Shown here one piece after another: positions 54,266-64,000 of a DNA stretch of 64,000 bases. Position 1 is the first letter of the stretch, and each line of letters opens with the position of its first letter. The DNA is taken from the NCBI GenBank assembly GCA_951406725.2, contig OX597833.1, positions 22,506,001-22,570,000 on the forward strand. The letters are read 5' to 3'. Under the pieces are notes generated by a model that was not told the origin of the DNA, did not search any database, and saw nothing but the letters and a program-made list of their open reading frames with translations. A program made the translations under genes and the position numbers. This DNA comes from Octopus vulgaris (Eukaryota).

Positions 54266-54409
54266 CTCCACATACACCGTAGATTAAAATCAACAGCTCA
54301 ACGCTCTCCACCCACGTACTTATAGCAAGCGCTAATCCAGCAAAAAATCCACCAATGATGGCAACATATCTGTGGCTGAATCGCATCAACAACAGACTAA
54401 CTACAGGAC
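54266..54409 (-). CDS. SLC16/MCT transporter coding exon 2 (GPVVSLLLMRFSHRYVAIIGG...LIYGVCG-G)
   Basis: tttcAG acceptor, GTAAG donor, 144 nt, phase 1-1; TM3-TM4 typical of MCTs. Confidence 0.95.
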
Positions 54410-54835
54410 CTGAAACGACACAATGAAGTTATGTAATATCAGACACCCACACAAAAACAATTAATGAAATAGAATAGATTGTTATATTAAATTGTGATAT
54501 ACTTTATGAATTTGCTTAGAAGTCCCGTTGTTAATCAAGAGCAAACTAAATCTTTGCTGTAACATTTTGATTCTATTTATTACTCAGCTGGCAAAAATGA
54601 GTTGTATCAGTATTTCAAAGGGCCAGCGTTGTCCTATTCTGTGTCAGGCCGAATCTCCCTGAACTACGTTATGGGTACGCGTGTCTGTGAAGTACTCACC
54701 ACTTGTACGTCAGTTTCACGAGCAGGCTGTTCTGTTGATTGGATCAACTGAAACCCTCGCCGTCGTAATCGACGGAATGCCAGTCCAGTTCATCACTAGA
54801 TCTAAATATAAACAAACACACGCACACGCACACAC

Positions 54836-54884
<49 letters not shown>

Positions 54885-55092
54885 CACACACACACACACG
54901 CACACACACATATACAAGTACACATACACACACACACACAAACATACATACACACGCACACGACGACGAGATTTAGCACAGTTTCCGTCGAGATGTAGTA
55001 GAAGACACTTGCTCAAGATGCCATGCAATGGGAGCGAACCCGAAACCACTTGATTGCGAAAGTGTTAAAAGAAAGGGGATAGAAAGTCATAC

Positions 55093-55327
55093 CTATCATC
55101 ATGTGCATTCCAGTTAAAGTTGATCCAACACAAGCTATCTGAGCAGGACTTCCATCAAAATATTTCAAGAGATCCATATAGAGAATGCCGAAGCAGAACA
55201 ATGTGCCGTCTAAAATGAAGTTTATTCCGAAAGAACTGAGACAAACAACCCAACCCCAGCCGCCATCGGGAGAATGGATGTACATTGGCGACTGGATGCT
55301 CCTAAGACTTGTGGATAGAGTTTTCAT
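55093..55327 (-). CDS. SLC16/MCT-family transporter, coding exon 1 (MKTLST...PDGGWGWVVCLSSF...GMHMMI-G)
   Basis: ATG at 55327 with an in-frame TAA upstream; MCT N-terminal signature PDGGWGW followed by TM1-TM2; donor G|GTATGA at 55092; 235 nt, phase 1. Confidence 0.93.
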
Positions 55328-55392
55328 GGTTGATTTTTCAAATATTCGATGCAGTTATTAAAGAGATTGTTTTCGGAAGTTCTTCTTGGAAT
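55328..55392 (-). other. 5' UTR part of the ATG-containing exon of the MCT gene (implies an unlocated upstream non-coding exon)
   Basis: Acceptor tttattcatctatttatttattctcAG at 55394-55393 immediately upstream. Confidence 0.6.
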
Positions 55393-55979
55393 CTGAGAAT
55401 AAATAAATAGATGAATAAAATAAACCAAGAGAATAAATAACGAAATCACTTGATGCAAATGGAATAAAATATTTACGATATAGAATTGATATTTTTTTTT
55501 AGATACAAGACAAATTTTGGAGGGGAGTATAGTCAACCAACTGGAGGATGGATAGCAAAATCGATCCCCAGCTGGATTTAAATTTAGAACATAAAAGAGA
55601 AGTAACAAAATACTGCCAAATACTAACTTCTTTTAATAATGTTAATAATTTGTTCTATTACAGACATAAGGCGTGGAATTTCAGAGATGGGATTAGTCGA
55701 ATCCATCGATCTCGCTGATTGACTGGTACTATTCTATCGACCCCGAAAGAATAGAAGGCAAAATCAACCTCGATGGTATTTGAAACCATTATAATGATTT
55801 CAAATTTTGGCATAAGACCAGCAATTTTAGGGGAGAGGTAACTTGATTACATCGATCTCAGTGATGAGTTGGTACTTCTTTTATCGACTCAACAAAGATA
55901 AAATGCAAAGTCGACATCGGCAGAATTTGAACTCAGAACGCAATGATAATAATGCTTTCGTTTATTTGGCAACAGTTAC

Positions 55980-56395
55980 GTATTACTTTACTACCCACAA
56001 GGGGCTAAACACAGAGGGGACAAACAAGGACAAACAAACGGATTAAGTCGATTACATCGACCCCAGAGCGCAAATGGTACTTATTTAATCGACCCCGAAA
56101 GGATGAAAGGCAAAGTCGACCTCGGTGGAATTTGAACTCAGAACGTATAGCCAGACGAAATACCTATTTCTTTATTACCCACAAGGGGCTACACACAGAG
56201 GGGACAAACAAGGACAGACAAACGGATTAAGTCGATTATATCTACCCCAGTGCGTAACTGGTACTTATTTAAGTGATCCCGAAAGGATGAAAGGCAAAGT
56301 CGACCTCGGCGGAATTTGAACTCGGAACGTAGCGGCAGACGAAATACCACTAAGCATTTCGCCCGGCGTGTTAGCGTTTCTGACAGCTCGCTGCC
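55980..56395 (-). mobile_element. Dimeric family C SINE with perfect 18-bp TSD
   Basis: ttatttggcaacagttac at 55962-55979 and 56396-56413. Confidence 0.9.
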
Positions 56396-56602
56396 TTATT
56401 TGGCAACAGTTACCATTGATGCGTACAAAATGTTTTACAAAACATTTTCCAAGCCGTGCGGTGCTGTAAAAGTACGTAGTTCTATAAAAACGAGCAAAGA
56501 CCTCACTCACTTTATGCAAAGACAAATTTGATACAAATAAGCAGTATAAATAGGTAAATACATACATACATACATACATACATACATACATACATACATA
56601 CA

Positions 56603-56633
<31 letters not shown>

Positions 56634-56749
56634 GTGTGAATGTGTGTACGTGTGCGCGCTTGTACGTGTGCGCGCGTGTACGTGTGCTAATACAGATGAA
56701 AACAAAGAAAAGTAACGCGATCACATCACATACCATACACGAGTACGAG

Positions 56750-56895
56750 GATGGTGGTTTCGGACGTAAGCAGCAAGGAAGGCAACAATGAAGCCTTCAG
56801 ACTAGTGGCAGTCTATTCTCCAACGGGAACCTTCAGATTAGTGGCAGTTTCTGCTCCAACAGGAGCCGAACGGTCAGATTTCTTTAGACGTCTAA
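56750..56895 (+). mobile_element. Tx1/L1 apurinic-endonuclease fragment with an internal about 36-bp tandem duplication
   Basis: FRLVAVYSPTG / FRLVAVSAPTGAERSDFFRRL. Confidence 0.55.
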
Positions 56896-57362
56896 TCCTT
56901 CTAAGGTAGATTAGATAACTTCATGCTTCGACAGTCCTTCTTCACCTATTCCTCGCATTGGAACCTAACAGTTGCAACAGTGCAAGTGAGTAATTTTTGA
57001 GTTAGCCATGCTGTGGAAAACCTTGCGCTTGATGCATAATTATTCACATGTTCATTAACTGTCAGCTGAGTTTTTACCAAGAGTCTGTCATTTCGAAGTA
57101 TTTGGTACACAACATCTTAATCTGGTCCGTTACCCTCCCGCTTTTATAATGAATTGCGCTCTTTAGGCCCACTGTAAAGTTGAAAGATTCTGTAGAGTAT
57201 ATACTTCTTTTCTTGGCTCTTTCAGGTCTTTTTCTATAGGCTCCTTGCTTTTTACTTCTTTTGGCCGCTCCTCAACAGCTTGTAATTTCATCAAGTCTCC
57301 CGATTTTATTCCCATCCTCAAAAGACTGCAGAGAAATAGTAGCCTTGTGACAATGGGAATGA

Positions 57363-57432
<70 letters not shown>

Positions 57433-57464
57433 TTTCTTTTCTTCTTCTTCTTCTTCTTCTTCTT

Positions 57465-57538
<74 letters not shown>

Positions 57539-57542
57539 AAAA

Positions 57543-57773
57543 GGCGGCGAGCTGGCAGAAACGTTAGCACGCCGGGCGAAATGCGTAGCTGTATTTCGTC
57601 TGTCGTTACGTTCTGAGTTCAAATTCCGCCGAGGTCGACTTTGCCCTTCATCCTTTCGGGGTCGATAAATAAAGTACCAGCTTCCCACTGGGGTCGATGT
57701 AATCGGCTTAATCCCTTTGTCTATCCATGTTTGTCTCCTCTATGTTTAGCCCCTTGTGGGCAGTAAAGAAATA
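57543..57773 (+). mobile_element. Full-length family C SINE monomer (other copies at about 10139-10330, 20687-20900, 26870-27048, 29660-29872, 53125-53330, 62950-63160)
   Basis: ggcggcgagctggcagaaacgttagc head, gagttcaaattcc B-box, conserved core, tail ...gtaaagaaata. Confidence 0.88.
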
Positions 57774-58052
57774 TATTATTATTATTATAACTCCGATATG
57801 TGTGTGTGCGTGTATGTCTTAACGTTTGTGTTTCTCCCCCACCGCTTGTCAACCAGTTTACGTCCTTATAAATAAGCGGTTTGGCAAAAAAGTTACCGAT
57901 AGGTTAAGGTGCCAAACTTAAAGGTCGATTTGTCTGTCAACGTCCTTCAAGGCCGTGCCCCAACATGGCGGCATCCAATGGCAGAAACAAACAAAAGAAA
58001 ATTCACGCGGCGAAATTGCGATTGCTCTACACATGTCTTGATCAACTGGGAT

Positions 58053-58390
58053 ATGACCCCCTTCGGTCAGACACTGACCATGGGTTTGCACCTAGAGAGT
58101 TACCCTCTAAGGCACAAGTCTGGGCAAGGTTGTTTTATGGAAGACGAGCAATCGCCCATGCATACCAGCCTCCCCTCTCCATGTCACCGATGTTGTCCAA
58201 GGGAAAGGCAAGGGCCGATACAGCTTGGCACCTGTGACGTCGCAACTCATTTCTACAGCTGAGTGTACTGGAGCAACGTGAAATAAAGTGTCTTGCTCAA
58301 GAACACAACACGCAGCCCGGTCCGGGATTCGAGCTCACAACCTCACGATCGTAAGCTCGACGCTCTAACCACTGAGCCACGCGCCTTCAC
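58053..58390 (-). mobile_element. tRNA-derived SINE family A
   Basis: Highly similar to 1463-1801. Confidence 0.85.
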
Positions 58391-58700
58391 TGGGATATTT
58401 AAGAACTTATTGGCAAAAAATTAATTTCTGCAATGGAAACCTTAGCTTCTATGAATGAATTCAAATGGCAGAGAATAAAGCCTTAATCCCCTATTTAAAT
58501 AATTTCTTTTACTTTTAATTCTGTTTAATTCTCACGCTCCAGTAACTAGTATTTTAATATTAGAAAATCTTATGAATTTGGTAATATTTTTTCCTACAAG
58601 TTATTCACCTGTTTATTTATTCTCTTCAATAATTATTTATTCTCTCCAATGATTATTTGTTCTCTCCAATAATATATTTAAAGCCATAGAAACATTGAAT

Positions 58701-58737
<37 letters not shown>

Positions 58738-59663
58738 GTGTACTCTAGAAAAGTATAGAGTAACCCCTCAGATTAATGTGAAATTGTTTTTATGTTATTT
58801 TTAACTAAATATAAGAACGAGCATTAACATGCACACGTGCGTGCACGCACACAAACACACACACACACATATGTAAGTGTATGGTCATTGTAAGATAATT
58901 TTCTTGCAGTAATTACAACGTAGGTAAATGAAATAAATGTTTGCAAAACCGTTTGAGTAACACAAGTGAGGAGTCAAGTAAAATATATAAGGCAATGTCA
59001 ACGAATGGAAACAAGGAGAAAATATATTGTATTACCTTCGATAGGTTGTTTAATGATCCTATAATATTTCGGGAAAAATACCCTTTTTCAAATAAAAAGA
59101 AATTAATGCAAATGTTTGGAGATATGTGTTGCTATCGGTCGGCCATTGTAGACTGTTGGGCCTGTGCGCCAACCGTGTTAAGAGTGGTGTAGTTGGTTGA
59201 ATTTAGTAGTATAAGTAGCATTAGGTAATGTGGTAACAGTAGTAATAGTACGTGGATGAAAAAATTAGTGCAGGCATGTAAATGGGTGATGACAAAGGTC
59301 ACATTAACTGAACTTTAATGTGAGGTTATTCAGTAGGTAAAGTACTGTAAGAATTTCTTTATTCAAACAGTGCGGATTTTATGACGCAGTGGGGTGTGAT
59401 AAAATTTGTTGTTGTCACGTGGTGAATGTGTGTGACAAAACAGAAAGATGAGAGTAAAAATGAGGAGTTGTAAGGTAGGTGAAGTAGTTAAAATAATGCC
59501 AGTTTGTGCCATACATATATAGTGGAAGCCGCTTACTATAATCACCGATAAAACTAGCAATCGGTTATTGTGTCCCAAAGTAATCAAGTGGTCGAAATAT
59601 GCCACTTCCACTCTCATACTCTTTGTATGTGTGTATACACAAACACACAAGCACATCTATCTA

Positions 59664-59880
<217 letters not shown>

Positions 59881-60934
59881 AAAAAGAGGCCAAGAAAGAG
59901 CGAATGGCACTGCGAGTGTCGCGTTGCTCTCAAACAACTATGCCGTCCCGGGTCGACCTTCAGCGACTTCAGCACAACCAAAGCATTCTATAGGGGATTA
60001 GTGGAGGGGAGGTACGACGACGATCTTGGGGCGAACCTGGGCGTCGACGAGGAATACCTGATCCGCCTGTTCAAGACGACTTTCGGGCCGGGACCTATGG
60101 ACAACTTCCAGAGATCCTTGGCCTGGCAGTGCTACCGAGAAGCGCTACCCGTTCGGGATAAGCTCTACAGACACGGCTCGGGAAACACGGGGCCAACCTG
60201 CCCGAGATGCGGCCAGAGTGACGAAACAGTTCTGCACGCACTCGTGCAGTGTCCAACTATTTCCGACCTGTGGGCTTATGTCGAACGACTGCTCTCACGT
60301 GTGGGACGAGTCGGTTTATCAGCTGAGTCTATCGTCAATATCGTCACGCCTCCTTCATTCAAACGAGAAGAAAGAGCTATTTTCATCATACTTGCGGCTA
60401 TGGCGAAAGAATATATCTGGTGGACGCGTCTGAAAGGATTAGAGACACACACTTTCCTCTCTGGTCAATCTCTCATCAACTTCTTCAAGTATCACTTGAA
60501 AAAGAAAGTGAAAGTAGAGAGGCAAGTTTTTTCTAGCGAATGTTTCAATAAAAGATGGGTGTATGTAGCAAGGATGGCACGTATGAATGACGAAGCCACC
60601 TTGAGCATAATCCTATGAACCCAGAAAATTTTAAAACAGAGAGTTACTTGCAAATAAATGTGTTAACATGTGACATTATTGACCGAGGTTACCGTGGTCT
60701 TTTCCGTAGGCTTTTCTTTCCACATATAAACCTTATCTGTTTCCCCCTTGACACTTTACATCATGACATTTCTGTGATACACGATCTCTATTGATAATTT
60801 TTTTCTCTCTTTTCAGATCCCTTTTGATCGAAAACCTACCATGCTTTTTCTTTTTTTTTCCTTCCCAAAAAGAAAAGCTCTACTTTGTAATTTGTCCCCT
60901 CTGTGTTCAGCCCTGTGTGGCTAATAAAGAAACA
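59881..60934 (+). mobile_element. 5'-truncated Tx1/L1-clade non-LTR retrotransposon inserted in (TATC)n
   Basis: Uninterrupted frame 59881-60618 with CPRCx8Hx4C zinc knuckle; 3' UTR ending AATAAA (60923-60928); (TATC)n on both sides. Confidence 0.88.
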
Positions 60935-61036
<102 letters not shown>

Positions 61037-61879
61037 CTTTGTTTCTGTCATTAGATTACGGCCATGCTGAAGAAGTTTAATCGAACGAATCAGCCATAGG
61101 TACTTTATTTTTAAGCCTGGTGCTTATTCTGTCGGTCTCTTTTGCCAAACTGCTAGTTTACGGAAACGTATTTGGACGGTGGGGTTATTATTCCGGCATG
61201 TCATGGTCTTAGTGTATAAAATTGTTTATCTTGTGTATTGATGTTACAAGTGAATGTGGGTAGGTATAAAGGGTGTTGGCCTGTATATTTCGGTCTAGAG
61301 GTTCCTTGTTCTGTAAGCATTTTGATTAACACGTGTTTAACTCTTGTGTATGATGGAGGTAGAGTTTGTGAGCTCTACGTTTATAAATACTTCTTCAATT
61401 CTGCTTCAAGTGTGGGTATTTAAAAATATATTATAACAAACAGGAATTAACCTGTAAAGTAAAGAATCTGACCAGCTAAAACATGCCACTTTTTACATTC
61501 ATTTGAGATTATATAAAGTCAAGATTAACTTCTATACATCGCAGTCCGACGATGACTTAACTGGCTGACGCTTCGAAGTTACTGTCAATAATTTTCTTGT
61601 TTAAGAATAACAAATAAATATATTTATGTATGTATATGTACACTCATTTATAGATGTGTGCATGTATGTACATGTTTGTGTGTATGAGTGCCAATGTGCA
61701 TATGTGAATGTCTGTCGTTTCTTACTATTGAATCATGCTTGAATTACTTTCTCACTCAAAATTAGAGATTTTTAACTAACCCTACATTTAAATCCAGTGT
61801 CCGTGAACAATTGATTTATGGAAAGCATCACTTCACAATGGGTTTTTGTGTGTGAAACGAAATGTGCACAAATATATAT

Positions 61880-62408
61880 GTTACTATTCAACTTTATTTC
61901 AAAATTTCCTACCGATAGAGAAAGAGTCAGTTTCTGACCTAGATCCATGGCTCCTTCATTGAAATCTCAACAACATCAACAGGTTACTTTTGTTTAAGTA
62001 TATGTGAAGATCTGTATATTTTGTTTTATGCATGTCTTCTCATGCATATACTTGCATATCTAGATATGCACATATATACTTAAATGATAAAATTCTGGAA
62101 AGCTTTACTGATTTTTACAGTTTTAGTGATGAATTGGATCTGTAGTCTTTGAATCAGTTTTCTCTTTTATGGTTTTGAGAATCCTACTTTCTCAAGATTG
62201 GTATTTAGGTAGTGTGTTACATATCCCAGTTCCCCAATAATTACAGGTATAAACCTGAACTTGTAATCTGTATAGTGTATCTGCAGATTTCTCAATAGTT
62301 CAGCGAATGTATTCTCTTTTTCACTGATCTCCAGCTTCATGTTAACATCTGCTGGCCAGCTGATTTCCAAACTGGACAAAGTTTCTCTTCTCTATCCCAA
62401 ATCATTAT
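61880..62408 (-). mobile_element. 5'-truncated RLE-type non-LTR retrotransposon, same group as 13700-14170
   Basis: IMIWDREEK...EISWPADVNM...FIPVIIGELG; putative 3' UTR ending near AATAAA at about 61893. Confidence 0.8.
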
Positions 62409-62694
62409 ACGTATGTATGTATGTATGTATGTATGTATGTATGTATGTATGTATGTATGTATGTATGTATGTATGTATGTATGTATGTATGTATGTATGT
62501 ATGTATGTATGTATGTATGTATGCATGCATAAGTGTTTATACTTGTGTGTTTTTCTGTATTTGCGAACTTAAAACAGTTAGAGTGCTGGTTTTTAGTGTT
62601 ATATGTGTATATATGAATGCATATATGTCTATATATGTGTGTATACATATATAGACATACATACACATAGGACATAGGCACGGACATAGGCACG

Positions 62695-62733
<39 letters not shown>

Positions 62734-62860
62734 GGAGTATGGCTCCAAACTTACAGGGGAAAAATTAGAGATAAAACCCACCTAATAGTGGTTTTATCTC
62801 TAATTCATATTTTATATATATATATATGTATATTTATATATACGATTGGATATGTATATT

Positions 62861-62943
<83 letters not shown>

Positions 62944-63269
62944 ATAAAGTGGCGAGCTAGCAGAATCATTAGTGCTCTGGACGAAATGCTTAGCAGTATT
63001 TCGCCCGTTGCTACGTTTTGATCTCAAATTCCGCCGAGGTCGAGTTTATCTTTCATCCTTTCGAGCTCGATAAAAGAAGTACCAGTTGAACACTGGGGTC
63101 AATTTAATTGACTCACCCCTCCCCCATAATTACTGCCCTTGTGGCAAAATTTGAAACCATTATTAAAAGAAATCATCATCACAATTGAATGGTACATGTG
63201 TTGGATTTAATAATGCAAAAAAATAGATAAAGAAATAAAATAAAAATAAAATAACAGCGTAGGTAAGCT

Positions 63270-63400
63270 CTTAAGGAGAAGGTGTGGGGTGTACACCAAA
63301 GTATATTTCTCCTATTTTTATTAGGTAATCGTGAGATTATGATGTTTGTGTTCCTGGTCTGTATCTGGCATCTAGTTTTCGCCCCCGAGGTTATCAATCA
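63270..63400 (-). mobile_element. Penelope-like ORF remnant
   Basis: NKNRRNILWCTPHTFS resembles the RRRNIIWFNPPFS linker motif of Penelope-like elements. Confidence 0.45.
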
Positions 63401-64000
63401 TACGTGTGCAATTGCGTTTGGTGTTAGGTTGGGGTATATGCTCGATATAGTATTTGCTATGGAATAGAAAATTGGGAAGGGTGTTCCTTTCATTCTTCCT
63501 CCTGTGATCAATACGCATGTAACAACTCAACCTTCATGCTTGATTATATAAGTATCATAACCTGACCTGACACTAGTTGTTTGTCTGTTTACACGTGTAT
63601 TCTATTACACATGTACCAACTCCATTGAAACACTGCCTATAGCCAATCGTCAATTGGGCTGTTATAACATCCTGTTGTAGCTGCAGGCTAAGTTGGAGTT
63701 TTAGGCAGCAAGTCAACATGAGCACTAACTGTATGTACCAATAATCTTGCGTCATAAGACATATCACCAGAATTTCGTGTGCGTGTGTGTGTAAACACGT
63801 ACACGCACATATAATGCATAAATATATACACACATACATACATGTATATATATATATATATGCAAATATTTTGATGGCTCATCATTTTATACATACATAC
63901 ATATATACATACGTACGTATGTATGTATGTATGTATGTATGTATGTATGTATGTATGTATGTATGTATGTATGTATGTATGTATGTATGTATGTATGTAT

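Overview
AT-rich, microsatellite- and transposon-dense animal genomic DNA. The SINE families and repeat landscape suggest an octopus/coleoid cephalopod (inference). One host gene can be fully reconstructed on the minus strand: a 7-coding-exon SLC16/monocarboxylate-transporter (MCT) family gene. Its CDS runs 55327->17546 (1866 nt, 621 aa) and all six coding introns are GT-AG and phase 1. The rest is introns and intergenic DNA filled with at least three tRNA-derived SINE families, Tc1/mariner and hAT elements and MITEs, Helitron/Helentron-type non-autonomous elements, and fragments of non-LTR retrotransposons (Tx1/L1, CR1-group, R4/NeSL-type RLE, CRE-type RLE, Penelope). The most notable observations are five. 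(1) Several minimal type-I hammerhead-ribozyme folds, three of which carry compensatory core changes (G3:C8, U3:A8); one lies sense in an MCT intron inside a 354-bp terminally repeated, retrozyme-like unit. (2) A young Tx1-like insert sits inside a (TATC)n microsatellite. (3) SINE dimers share an identical palindromic junction and stack into each other's target sites. (4) There is a 196-bp SINE-derived tandem array. (5) Fold-back (hairpin) insertions recur. Most ORFs in the supplied track are microsatellite artefacts.
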